Of a stretch of DNA of 64,000 nucleotides, positions 42,110 through 51,422 are shown in pieces (positions within the stretch are counted from its first letter, which is position 1; every line of letters begins with the position of its first letter). The DNA is from Alphaproteobacteria bacterium (GTDB taxonomy: Bacteria > Pseudomonadota > Alphaproteobacteria > UBA828): the NCBI GenBank assembly GCA_965214705.1, contig OZ243972.1:128001-192000 (forward strand). The letters are read 5' to 3'. The notes under the pieces are model-generated. The model was not told the origin of the DNA, did no database searches, and saw only the letters and a program-made list of their open reading frames with translations. A program made the position numbers and the translations under genes.

Positions 42110-43142
42110 GGCGCTGGCGCGCGCCCTCGGCGCCGAGGCGGCAACCCGCATCGGGCGTTTTCTCGAAGGCATCGAGGGCTACCGTTCGCACCCCTACAGG
42201 CGTCGCCTGAAAGACCCGCCGGTGCTCTGGCAGTCCGGCACGACGCGGGTCCTGGCCTTCGACGGGAACGCGTCGGCAGCACCCGTGTTGCTCGTGCCCT
42301 CGCTCATCAACCGCTCCTACATCCTCGATCTCACGGCGCAGCGCAGCTTCGCCCGCTATCTACGAGAGCGGGGCTTGCGCCCCTACCTGCTCGACTGGGG
42401 CGCACCGGGCGCCGATGAGCGAGAATTCGGGCTCGACCACTACATTCTGGGCCGGCTTGCGCCGGCGCTGGAGGCGGTGCGACGCGACGCGGGCCGGCCG
42501 GTGGTGCTCGCGGGCTATTGCATGGGCGGCACGATGGTGCTTCCCCTCGCTGCCCGCGCCGAGGTAGCCGCGCTGGTGCTGCTGGCGACGCCCTGGGATT
42601 TCTGGGCGGACGGTCGTCATCAGGCGCGGCTGATCGCGGCCCATCTGCCGGGTCTCACTGCCCTGATCGACGGTCTGGGGCAGCTCCCGCCTGATGCGCT
42701 CCAAGCCATGTTCGCCGCGCTCGACCCGTTGCTGGCGGCGCGCAAGTTCACCGCCTTCGCCGAGCTTCCGCCCGCCTCGGCCGCCGCCCGCAACTTCGTG
42801 GCGCTGGAGGACTGGCTCAACGACGCCGTGCCGCTCACCGGCCCCGTCGCCCGCGCCTGCCTCAACGACTGGTACGGCGCGAACGCTCCCGCGCGCGGCA
42901 ACTGGCGCGTGGGCGGCGAGCCGGTGCGGCCCGAGCGCGTTCGTGCGCCAGCGCTCAACGTCGTGCCGGCGCGCGACCGCATCGTCCCGCCCGCATCGGC
43001 GGCGGCGCTGAGCGCGGCGCTCCCCGATGTCGAGACCTGGCGCCCGCCGCTCGGCCATATCGGCATGATGGCCAGCCCCCGCGCCAAGCGCCTGCTCTGG
43101 CGCAAGCTCGCGGACTGGATTTCTACCCACGCCACCGCTTGA
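41919..43142 (+). CDS. PHA synthase-like alpha/beta hydrolase (class III PhaC size)
   Basis: VPSLINRSYILDL, LLDWG, GYCMGG catalytic Cys box, RDRIVP Asp, GHIG His; upstream of phaB. Confidence 0.85.
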   Translation: MPTLEPPPRLGPRPLPLHLGMALSVWLSSLAALRLSRSGSLNWQHADPAEATALQEKLAETDPEALARALGAEAATRIGRFLEGIEGYRSHPYRRRLKDPPVLWQSGTTRVLAFDGNASAAPVLLVPSLINRSYILDLTAQRSFARYLRERGLRPYLLDWGAPGADEREFGLDHYILGRLAPALEAVRRDAGRPVVLAGYCMGGTMVLPLAARAEVAALVLLATPWDFWADGRHQARLIAAHLPGLTALIDGLGQLPPDALQAMFAALDPLLAARKFTAFAELPPASAAARNFVALEDWLNDAVPLTGPVARACLNDWYGANAPARGNWRVGGEPVRPERVRAPALNVVPARDRIVPPASAAALSAALPDVETWRPPLGHIGMMASPRAKRLLWRKLADWISTHATA

Positions 43143-43229
43143 AAATGCCCGGGCGCAGGCGCATATGAGGCCCGCGCGCCGCCGAGGAGTCGGTTCCCGG
43201 CGGCGCGGATCATTGCCGGGAGAGAGAAG

Positions 43230-43952
43230 ATGAGTCGCGTCGCACTGGTGACGGGTGGAACGCGCGGGATCGGCGGTGCCATCTCGCTCGCGCTGAAGAA
43301 CAACGGCTGCCAGGTGGCCGCCAACTACAACGCCAACGACGAGGCGGCCGAGCGCTTCCGCGAGGTCACCGGCATTGACGTCTACAAGTGGGACGTGAGC
43401 GAATTCGCCGCCTGCGAGGCGGGCATCGCCCAGATCGAGCAGGACCTGGGCCCCATCGACATCCTGGTGAACAACGCCGGGATCACGCGCGACGGCACGC
43501 TGCAGAAGATGACGCCGGACAGGTGGCAGGCGGTGCTCGACACCAATCTCGGCTCCTGCTTCAACCTCTGCCACGCCACCTTCCCCGGCATGCGGGCGCG
43601 CAAGTTCGGCCGTGTCGTCAATATCGGCTCGATCAACGGCCAGGCCGGTCAGTACGGCCAGGTCAACTACGCCGCCGCCAAATCCGGCATCCACGGCTTC
43701 ACCAAGGCGCTGGCACAGGAAGGAGCGCGCCACGGCATCACCGTGAACGCGGTGGCCCCCGGCTATGTCGATACCGAGATGGTGCGTGCGGTGCCCGAGG
43801 CCGTGCTGGAGAAGATCGTCGCCAGCATCCCGGTGGGCCGGCTCGGCCGTGCGGAGGACATCGCGCGCGCGGTATTGTTCCTGACCGCAGACGACGCCGA
43901 TTTCATCACCGGATCGACCATCTCGGTGAACGGCGGCCACCACATGTATTGA
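43230..43952 (+). CDS. phaB: Acetoacetyl-CoA reductase
   Basis: TGGTRGIG, NNAGITRD, SINGQAGQYGQVNYAAAK, NGGHHMY. Confidence 0.93.
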   Translation: MSRVALVTGGTRGIGGAISLALKNNGCQVAANYNANDEAAERFREVTGIDVYKWDVSEFAACEAGIAQIEQDLGPIDILVNNAGITRDGTLQKMTPDRWQAVLDTNLGSCFNLCHATFPGMRARKFGRVVNIGSINGQAGQYGQVNYAAAKSGIHGFTKALAQEGARHGITVNAVAPGYVDTEMVRAVPEAVLEKIVASIPVGRLGRAEDIARAVLFLTADDADFITGSTISVNGGHHMY

Positions 43953-44069
43953 CGGGTGGCCGGTCTAATCAGGCCACCCCATCGGCCCAGGGGCCGACAG
44001 CGTTGACCGGATGAGCCGCATCGCGCAGGGTATGGCAGGCAAGCGATTGACGTTTCGGGATCCCGCAGC

Positions 44070-45017
44070 TTGACCGAGGAAGCTCTGCAGACAAGGAGAT
44101 ATGACGGAAGCGTCGTCTCTCCACGTCCCCCCGCCGAATCGGAGCCTTCTTCCAAATCCGGCCATATCCGAATCGACGATCTCGACAAAGAGCCATTTGC
44201 GAACATCTCGAAGTCCCTACTGCTGAGTGGAGACGCACAAGAAGCGCTCACGCTCTTGCCCGACGAATCGGTTCAAACCGTGCTTACTTCGCCCCCCTAC
44301 TGGTCTCTGCGAGATTATGAGGTCGAGGACCAGATCGGCCGGAACGACAGCCTCAATTCATACATCGAGAGTATCGTGAGCACGTTCGAGGAAGTTAGGC
44401 GTGTTCTGCGAGCAGACGGGACGGTGTGGTTGAATGTGGGCGACTCCTACACGTCAGGTAACCGCAAATACCGAGCTCCGGACCGAAAGAATCGCGCTCG
44501 CGCCATGACGGTGCGGCCTCCGACGCCGGACGGACTGAAGCCCAAGGACCTGATTGGCGTTCCATGGAGGCTGGCTTTCGCGCTACAGGATATGGGGTGG
44601 TGGGTTCGTAGCGAGATAGTCTGGCACAAGCCGAATGCGCATCCGGAATCGGTTCGGGATCGCCCAACAAAGGCACATGAGACCGTATTTCTCTTGTCGA
44701 AGGAGAAGGACTACTACTACGACATTAGGGCGGTTCGTGGTCCTCGAGGCCGTCGCCTCAGGACTGTCTGGGAGTTGCCTACTGAACCGGTGAAGCGTGA
44801 GAGCGGTTGGGGTGACGATCATCCCGCAATGATGCCCCTCTCGCTTGCGCGACAGTGTGTGATGCTCACCACCCGTGACGATAGCGTCGTTCTCGATCCT
44901 TATGCGGGCTCGGGAACGACGCTCTTGGCGGCACGTGACTTAGGGCGCCTGTGGGTTGGCGTCGAAATCAAACCGTCATTCGTGGACTTAATCGAGTGTC
45001 GGATAGCTAACCCGTGA
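44070..45017 (+). CDS. Beta-class N4-cytosine DNA methyltransferase, M.SmaI/M.Cfr9I-like (start uncertain)
   Basis: TSPPYWSLRDY motif IV before DPYAGSGTT motif I; YTSGNR.YRAPD.KN.ARAM.VRP.TP.GLKPKDLIG.PWRLAFALQ resembles CCCGGG m4C MTases as recalled. Confidence 0.88.
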   Translation: MTEEALQTRRYDGSVVSPRPPAESEPSSKSGHIRIDDLDKEPFANISKSLLLSGDAQEALTLLPDESVQTVLTSPPYWSLRDYEVEDQIGRNDSLNSYIESIVSTFEEVRRVLRADGTVWLNVGDSYTSGNRKYRAPDRKNRARAMTVRPPTPDGLKPKDLIGVPWRLAFALQDMGWWVRSEIVWHKPNAHPESVRDRPTKAHETVFLLSKEKDYYYDIRAVRGPRGRRLRTVWELPTEPVKRESGWGDDHPAMMPLSLARQCVMLTTRDDSVVLDPYAGSGTTLLAARDLGRLWVGVEIKPSFVDLIECRIANP

Positions 45018-45769
45018 CGCTCGACGAACTCAAGGCAACGCTCGATACGTTCTCTCCGGTCAAGATCGCGTTCGTCGCGCGCGTCATGGAGTCCCTCGCC
45101 AATCCGCCTAACTCAACAATCAAACAGCGTGGGACTTGGCTGACGAGTTCCGTGGAATGGATCGAGTATTTCGGTCTTGCCCTGTCGGTTCACCATAGCG
45201 CCACTACCGAGCCTCTGGGTCTAACTGCCTTCGAAGCCGTGTTCAGGAACGCCTGCGATCATCTTGGTTGGCCCACCGACCCGCCCGGATCGAGGACTCG
45301 TAGGTTCGTCGACTTGACCGTTCAACCGACTGGGGAACCGGAGAGGCGACTATCGCTCAAGTCGACCGCCGCACAACGATTGTCGAACACGTCTCTGCAC
45401 ATCTCGAAGCTAACGGAAGCCGCTTGGGTGCAGGATGCCCGGACAGCCAGAGATCGCAAAAGCCAGACGCAGGCGCTGTTTCGGCAATACCAGTCGGCGG
45501 TGACTCACATCGTCATGTTGCGGGCATTCCGCGAGTCACATGACGAGGTGCCAAGCCGCTATCAACTCGTCGAAATTCCGGCAAGAATCTTCGATTCTGT
45601 CCTGAGTGCTCCTCTGAGTGTTTTTGAGCGGGATGCGCCGCTAATCGAATGTGAGGTCGGGGGCAAAATAGTTGCCGTCGTTGCCATCGATAGGTCCGAT
45701 GCAAAGATCACCGTCAGACGGGTCCAGCTTTCCACCTGCACCGTTCATGCTGAGTGGAGCCGCGGATGA
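45014..45769 (+). CDS. Type II restriction endonuclease, SmaI-like
   Basis: GTGA overlap with the MTase; SVHH, FE, SRT..D..SLKS, HISK, YQLVEIP, CTVHAEW correspond to R.SmaI motifs as recalled. Confidence 0.75.
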   Translation: MTLDELKATLDTFSPVKIAFVARVMESLANPPNSTIKQRGTWLTSSVEWIEYFGLALSVHHSATTEPLGLTAFEAVFRNACDHLGWPTDPPGSRTRRFVDLTVQPTGEPERRLSLKSTAAQRLSNTSLHISKLTEAAWVQDARTARDRKSQTQALFRQYQSAVTHIVMLRAFRESHDEVPSRYQLVEIPARIFDSVLSAPLSVFERDAPLIECEVGGKIVAVVAIDRSDAKITVRRVQLSTCTVHAEWSRG

Positions 45770-45862
45770 CGGAGTTCCAGACCAATGCCGACGCTGCCGA
45801 CCGGTGAAGCATGTGATGCCTTAACGAATGGACTGACCGGACGGAGTGACAGGAGGCAAAGC

Positions 45863-46585
45863 GTGGGACGGCTAGCACTTATCACCGGCGGCACGCGCGG
45901 CATCGGCGCCGGCATTGCGCGTGCCCTGCACGAGGCCGGCCACCCGGTGGTGGTCAACTATCATGCCGACGAGGCCTGCGCCGCCGCCTTCACGGCGGAG
46001 ACCGGCATCCCGGCACTCAAGTGGGACGTGAGCGACGGCGACGCCTGCCGCGCCGGGGTCGCGGCAATCGAGGCCGAGCACGGCCCGGTCGAGATTCTCG
46101 TCAACAACGCGGGCACGGTCTCCGACAACAAGTTCGAGAACATGGCCGACGACCAGTGGCAGCGCGTGGTCCGGGTCAATCTCGATTCCGTCTTCTACAT
46201 GTCGAAGGCGGTCTACCCCGGCATGATGGAGCGGGGCTGGGGCCGCATCATCCAGATCGGCTCGATGAACGGACAGGCCGGCCAGCTCAACCAGGTCAAC
46301 TACGTCGCCGCCAAGGCCGGCATGCATGGCTTCACCAAGGCGCTGGCGCAGGAGGGGGCGAAGCACGGCATCACGGTCAACACCGTGGCGCCCGGCTATG
46401 TCGACACCTACCTGATGCGCAACATGCCAGAGCGAATCGCGCAGAAGATCATCGACAAGTCCCCGATCCGCCGCATGGGCTACGAGGAGGAGGTGGCCCA
46501 TGCCGTGCTTTTCCTCGTGGACGACAAGGCGGCCTGGACCACCGGTTCCACCATCACCATGAACGGCGGCACCCATATGTATTAG
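45863..46585 (+). CDS. phaB: Acetoacetyl-CoA reductase paralogue
   Basis: AGGAGG SD then GTG; TGGTRGIG, NNAG, SMNGQAGQLNQVNYVAAK, NGGTHMY. Confidence 0.85.
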   Translation: MGRLALITGGTRGIGAGIARALHEAGHPVVVNYHADEACAAAFTAETGIPALKWDVSDGDACRAGVAAIEAEHGPVEILVNNAGTVSDNKFENMADDQWQRVVRVNLDSVFYMSKAVYPGMMERGWGRIIQIGSMNGQAGQLNQVNYVAAKAGMHGFTKALAQEGAKHGITVNTVAPGYVDTYLMRNMPERIAQKIIDKSPIRRMGYEEEVAHAVLFLVDDKAAWTTGSTITMNGGTHMY

Positions 46586-46856
46586 GGCGGTCCCCCGACC
46601 CGTCCGGCGTTGAACCGCTCATGGACACGCCCCGCCTCCAAGACTAGGCTTCGAGACATACCCTCCACTGGCCGAAGGACGGCCCATGGTAGAGAGGGTT
46701 CAAAAAACGCATTCCACGACGTTGTTCGTGGCGTCCGTCGGGGATACCCGGTTTGAGCCGGCCGACGGAACGGCGGTCTTCGCGTCCTTGCATCCGCACA
46801 GCAAAATTTTGACCGGCCCGAAAGTCACCCGAATCAGTGGGCGCCTTGTCGGGTTA

Positions 46857-47122
46857 ACCCGCCTTTCTCACCAGGGTCACGGCCTGCGTCGCGTCCAGGC
46901 GTTCGATCCGCCAGGAGCGGGCCGAAAAGCGTATCAGGGAATACGGTTGAGGCCCGCAACGCCGCGGGCGGGCGCCTGGGCGCGACCCGAAGGGCGGCGC
47001 TCTCCGGCCGACAGCGGGCGTCACGCCGCTTGCCCGATGTCCCCGCATCGCGCTGCGCGCCGTTCCTACTCTGTCGGCCGGACAGCGCCGCGCAGACCAT
47101 GACCATGGTGAGAAATGCGGGT
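46857..47122. mobile_element. 266-bp MITE, copy 2 (inverted relative to copy 1)
   Basis: TIRs acccgcctttctcacca / tggtgagaaatgcgggt; TA at 46855-46856 and 47123-47124. Confidence 0.88.
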
Positions 47123-47170
47123 TAAAGGGTGACGGCGCGACGCGCCCCAACAACCCTCAGGGAGGAAGAC

Positions 47171-48574
47171 ATGAGCGATCGACATTATCACACATGGAAA
47201 GAGACGATGGCGGAGGTGCTGTATCGTCGGCGCACCGCACTCACGCGTCGTCAGGTGCTGCAGGCAAGCTCGGCCACCGCAATTGCTGCAATCGCCGCCA
47301 ACTTCGTGCCGCGCGAGGTGCGCGCCGACGTCACCGGCGAAGTGGTGCATCTGACGGCGTCGGGCAGCCGTTTCGCGGGCGTCGTGCGCGGCCTCAAGCC
47401 GCTGTTCGAGAAGGCTTATCCGAACGTCACGCTGAACGTCGCCACGATCCCGACGAACGAGTTCCTGAACAAGGTCAACGTCTACATGCAGTCGAAGTCG
47501 GATGCCTTCGATTCTGTGACCCAGGATTACGGCCAGTACCCGTCGCTCGAATCCTTCGGGGCGATGATTCCGCTTCAGGAACACATGGACGCCGACCCCA
47601 CGTGGTTTGCGGACTATCAGACAGACGTGCCGGAGGCGTTGCAGTCGCTCTACCGCATTCCCATCGCCAAGAGCGACGGCGCGCTCTATGGCCTGGCTCA
47701 CGACGCCAACTGCCAGATGACGTTCTATCGCAAGGACATCTTCGACAAGGCCGGAATTCCGGTGCCGAGGACATGGCCGGACGCCCTGGAGGCCGCCAAG
47801 GAGCTGCATTCGCCCGGCACCGATCAATACGGCTATGTCGGCGCCATGCAGCGGAGCTATTGGGCCGGCTATCAGTACTACGGCGCGCTGCGCTCGTTCG
47901 GCGGCACTTTGGTCGACCGTGAGGAACCCGGCTACTGGAATCCGTCCGTTAACAGCGAAGAAGGATACATGGCGCTGAAGATGCTGGTCGACCTGCAACA
48001 GTACGCACACCCCGTGAGCAGCAATGCGGGCGAGGACGAGGTGAACACCGCCTTCGCCAACGGCACCGCCGTCTACGGCCCTCTGACCTGGGGAACGGCG
48101 GTGCTGAACGATCCGTCCTTCACCAAGTTCGATCGGGTCATCTACGCCGACCTGCCGCCTGCGGGAGACAACGAGAAGGGGGCGCATCGGGTCAGCACCG
48201 GCGGGTTCGGCGTCTTCGTCCCGACCTATTCCAAGAACCGGGAGGCGGGTGTCGCCTTCGCAAAGTTCCTGGCCTCTGGCGATGCCCGTGATCCGGCCAT
48301 TGGCGAGGCGGTGGTGGCGGCCGGCGGGCAGCCGGCGCGGCTCTCGATCCTCGATCGACACAAAGACGACAAGCTGTTCTTCGGCGGCTTGATGGCAAGC
48401 ATGCCCTACGGCGTCACCAACAATCTGATGATCCCGGAGGGCTTCACGATCGGCACACAAAATGGGGTCGAGGTCGCCGATGCAGTCAACGGCGAGCAGA
48501 GCATCGAGCAAGCGCTAACAAATATGGACAAGGGAATCCGAAGGGTGTTGGAGGACGCGGGCTATTACGCTTAG
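47171..48574 (+). CDS. Tat-exported ABC solute-binding protein (carbohydrate-binding family)
   Basis: GGAGG SD; TRRQVL twin-arginine signal; FYRKDIFDKAGI, PRTW..EAAK; no permease adjacent. Confidence 0.85.
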   Translation: MSDRHYHTWKETMAEVLYRRRTALTRRQVLQASSATAIAAIAANFVPREVRADVTGEVVHLTASGSRFAGVVRGLKPLFEKAYPNVTLNVATIPTNEFLNKVNVYMQSKSDAFDSVTQDYGQYPSLESFGAMIPLQEHMDADPTWFADYQTDVPEALQSLYRIPIAKSDGALYGLAHDANCQMTFYRKDIFDKAGIPVPRTWPDALEAAKELHSPGTDQYGYVGAMQRSYWAGYQYYGALRSFGGTLVDREEPGYWNPSVNSEEGYMALKMLVDLQQYAHPVSSNAGEDEVNTAFANGTAVYGPLTWGTAVLNDPSFTKFDRVIYADLPPAGDNEKGAHRVSTGGFGVFVPTYSKNREAGVAFAKFLASGDARDPAIGEAVVAAGGQPARLSILDRHKDDKLFFGGLMASMPYGVTNNLMIPEGFTIGTQNGVEVADAVNGEQSIEQALTNMDKGIRRVLEDAGYYA

Positions 48575-48677
48575 CGCGCACTCCTATTCGCCGAGCGGTG
48601 GGGAGGCACGCTGTGGAGAGGCGGATTAGCATCCCGGTGCTGAGACGGGCCGGCGTGGGCTGCTACCATAGCCGGCC

Positions 48678-50096
48678 ATGCATCAGGATGTCGTCGACCT
48701 CAACGCCTTCTACCTGACCCGGCTCGGCCGGGTCACGCGCCGCATCCTGGGCCAGCAGATCCGCCGGGTCTGGCCCAGCGCGCGCGAGGAGGTGGTGCTG
48801 GGGCTCGGCTATCCCGTACCCTTCCTCGGCCTCTTCCGCGAGGAGGCCGACCGCGTGTTCGCGGTGATGCCGGCGGGCCAGGGAGTGATGGCCTGGCCCG
48901 AGAGCGGCGGCCGGCAAGTCGCGCTTGCCGACGACGGTGTTCTGCCGCTGCCCGACGGCTGCATCGACCGCATCCTCATCGTCCACGGGCTCGAGTTCAG
49001 CGAGCAGCGCCGCCCGATGCTGGAAGAGGTGTGGCGGGTGATGCGGCCGGACGGGCGCATCCTGGTGCTGGTGCCTAACCGCCACGGTCTCTGGGCACGG
49101 GCCGAGGCCACGCCCTTCGGCCACGGCTCACCCTTCAGCGCCTCCCAGCTGGCCCGGCTCCTGCGCGAGCACCGTTTCGCCCCGGTCGCCTCCGGCGCGA
49201 TGCTCTTCTTGCCCCCCACGGGCTGGCGCGGGGTGCTGCGTACCGCCGCCATCTGGCAGCGCCTCGGCCGCCATCTCGGCCGCCCCTTCGGCGGCATCGT
49301 CTACGTGGAGGCCGGCAAGACCGTGTTCGAGGCCATTCCGATCACGGCGCGGCGCAGGCGACGGGTCATCATGCCGCTGCCGCAGCCGGTGCCGGCCGGT
49401 GCGCGAACGGCAGCCGGGGACTGCGGCTTACCGGCTCTCGGCGGAGAGCAGGAACACCGCCTGCTCGCCGAACAGGTTGGCGAAGCGGCCGGTGCCGGTG
49501 AAGCGGCGCACCCGCCCCCGCGAATCGACCTGGGTACGGCGCTCGATGCCGATATCGAGCTCGCGGCAGAGCATCACGAAGTCCTTGATCGTGCACGGCC
49601 TGATCATCGGCGTTTCGTACCAGAGCTCGCCGGAGCCCAGCGCTGCCGGCATGCGGCCGCGCGTCAGCAAGTGCAACCGATTGCGCCAGTGTCCGAAGTT
49701 GGGGATCGAGACGATCGCGCTCCGGCCGATCCTGCGCAGCTCCAGCAGCACGCCCTTGGGATCGCGGATCGCGGGCAGGGTCTGGCTCAGCACCACGTAG
49801 TCGAAGGCGGCATCCGGGTAGTCGGCGAGGTCGGTCTCCGCATCCCCCTGGATCACCGAGAGCCCACGTCTCACCGAGGCGTTCACGCCTTCCTGGCTGA
49901 TCTCGATGCCGCGGCCGTCGACGTTCTTCTCCCGCGCGAGCAGCTCCAGCAGGGCACCGTCGCCGCAGCCGATGTCGAGCAGCCTGGAGCCCGGCTCCAC
50001 CAGCTCGGCGATCAGGCGATGGTCGGGGCGAGCGCTCTGGCGCATGTTCTGCCGCTGCGGGCCTGCGTTCATGGACGAGCGCTCAGGGGCTGCTAA
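48678..50096 (+). CDS. Methyltransf_11-like protein; recognisable part ends near 49400 and the frame continues antisense across metW
   Basis: [49 protein letters not shown]. Confidence 0.8.
   Translation: MHQDVVDLNAFYLTRLGRVTRRILGQQIRRVWPSAREEVVLGLGYPVPFLGLFREEADRVFAVMPAGQGVMAWPESGGRQVALADDGVLPLPDGCIDRILIVHGLEFSEQRRPMLEEVWRVMRPDGRILVLVPNRHGLWARAEATPFGHGSPFSASQLARLLREHRFAPVASGAMLFLPPTGWRGVLRTAAIWQRLGRHLGRPFGGIVYVEAGKTVFEAIPITARRRRRVIMPLPQPVPAGARTAAGDCGLPALGGEQEHRLLAEQVGEAAGAGEAAHPPPRIDLGTALDADIELAAEHHEVLDRARPDHRRFVPELAGAQRCRHAAARQQVQPIAPVSEVGDRDDRAPADPAQLQQHALGIADRGQGLAQHHVVEGGIRVVGEVGLRIPLDHREPTSHRGVHAFLADLDAAAVDVLLPREQLQQGTVAAADVEQPGARLHQLGDQAMVGASALAHVLPLRACVHGRALRGC
49428..50072 (-). CDS. 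metW: Methionine biosynthesis protein MetW
   Basis: [36 protein letters not shown]; follows metX. Confidence 0.92.
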   Translation of the reverse strand: MNAGPQRQNMRQSARPDHRLIAELVEPGSRLLDIGCGDGALLELLAREKNVDGRGIEISQEGVNASVRRGLSVIQGDAETDLADYPDAAFDYVVLSQTLPAIRDPKGVLLELRRIGRSAIVSIPNFGHWRNRLHLLTRGRMPAALGSGELWYETPMIRPCTIKDFVMLCRELDIGIERRTQVDSRGRVRRFTGTGRFANLFGEQAVFLLSAESR

Positions 50097-51252
50097 GCCC
50101 GCGCTTGGCGGCGGCACCGCTCAGGAACCCGCGCAGAGTCTCGAACATGTCCGGCTCGTCGAGAAGGAAGGCATCGTGCCCCTTGTCGCTCACCACCTCG
50201 ACGAAGCTCACGTTGGCGGCGGCCGCGGCCAGCGCTCGCACGATGGCCCGGTTCTCGGACGTGGGATAGAGCCAGTCGCTGGTGAACGAAATCACGCAGA
50301 AACGGGTGTCGACCCCGCGAAACGCATTGGCAAGCACGCCGTCGTAGTCGGCCGCGAGATCGAAGTAGTCGATCGCACGGGTGATGTAGAGGTAGGAGTT
50401 GGCGTCGAAGCGCTCGACGAAGCTCTGCCCCTGATAGCGAAGGTAGCTCTCCACCTGGAAGTCCGCATCGAAGCCGTAGGTGACGTTGGACCTGTCCTGC
50501 AGCGCCCGGCCAAACTTCCGGTGCAGCGCCGATTCCGAGAGATAAGTGATGTGCGCAGCCATGCGCGCCACCGCGAGGCCGCCGACCGGATTTGTGCCGA
50601 GTTCTTGATAGCGCCCCTCGCGCCATTCGGGATCGGCCATGATCGCTTGGCGGCCGACCTCGTTGAGCGCGATGTTCTGCGCCGAGTGCTTGGCCGCACA
50701 GGCGATGGGGACCGCGGTAAAGCAGCGCTCGGGGTAGCTCGCCACCCACTGCAAGGCCTGCATGCCGCCCATGGAGCCGCCGGAGACGCAAAAGAGCTGC
50801 TCGATCCCCAGATGATCGAGCAACATGGCCTGGGCCTTGACCATGTCGCGGATGGTGATGACGGGGAAGTCCAGGCCCCAGGGGCGCCCTGTCGCCGGGT
50901 TGATCTCCTTCGGCCCGCTGGTGCCCATGCAGCCGCCGAGCGTGTTGCTGCAAATCACGAAGTAACGGTCGGTATCGAAGGTCTTGCCGGACCCCACCAT
51001 CAGCTCCCACCAGCCGGGCTTGCCGGTGACCGGGTGGGGGCCCACGACGAACTGATCGCCGGTGAGCGCGTGACACAGGAGAACCGCGTTGGAGCGTTCC
51101 TCATTGAGCGTGCCGTAGGTCTGATAGGCGAGCGTGAACGGCCCCAAGGAGACGCCGCAATCGAGCTGGAGCGGCGTCTCCCGGCCGAGCTCGACGCTCA
51201 GGCCGGTTTGTGCATGCTCCGCCGCGGCTTGGCTCTTGGGCATTGCGGTCAT
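50083..51252 (-). CDS. metX: Homoserine O-acyltransferase
   Basis: [36 protein letters not shown]. Confidence 0.95.
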   Translation of the reverse strand: MTAMPKSQAAAEHAQTGLSVELGRETPLQLDCGVSLGPFTLAYQTYGTLNEERSNAVLLCHALTGDQFVVGPHPVTGKPGWWELMVGSGKTFDTDRYFVICSNTLGGCMGTSGPKEINPATGRPWGLDFPVITIRDMVKAQAMLLDHLGIEQLFCVSGGSMGGMQALQWVASYPERCFTAVPIACAAKHSAQNIALNEVGRQAIMADPEWREGRYQELGTNPVGGLAVARMAAHITYLSESALHRKFGRALQDRSNVTYGFDADFQVESYLRYQGQSFVERFDANSYLYITRAIDYFDLAADYDGVLANAFRGVDTRFCVISFTSDWLYPTSENRAIVRALAAAAANVSFVEVVSDKGHDAFLLDEPDMFETLRGFLSGAAAKRGLSSP

Positions 51253-51422
51253 CGTTCACCGGGCTCCGGGCGGCTGCGTCCCCTCATCGGATCGCAGGTC
51301 GCAAGTGTCGCCGAAAGGGGGTCAGACAGTTGCGATTTGAACCCGAAAGTCAATGTTCTCTTTGATTTTACCACGCTCTTGCACTACGACTTGCCTCCCC
51401 CTTGAGCCGTGTCAGCCACGCC

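Noticed and set aside
43138-43168. RpoH-like promoter before phaB (CTTGAA...CGCATAT)
   Set aside because: Weak -10 match and equally readable as a sigma70 promoter; not called.
51253-51400. SAM-II or SAM-SAH riboswitch upstream of metX
   Set aside because: Characteristic conserved motifs not found on the minus strand.
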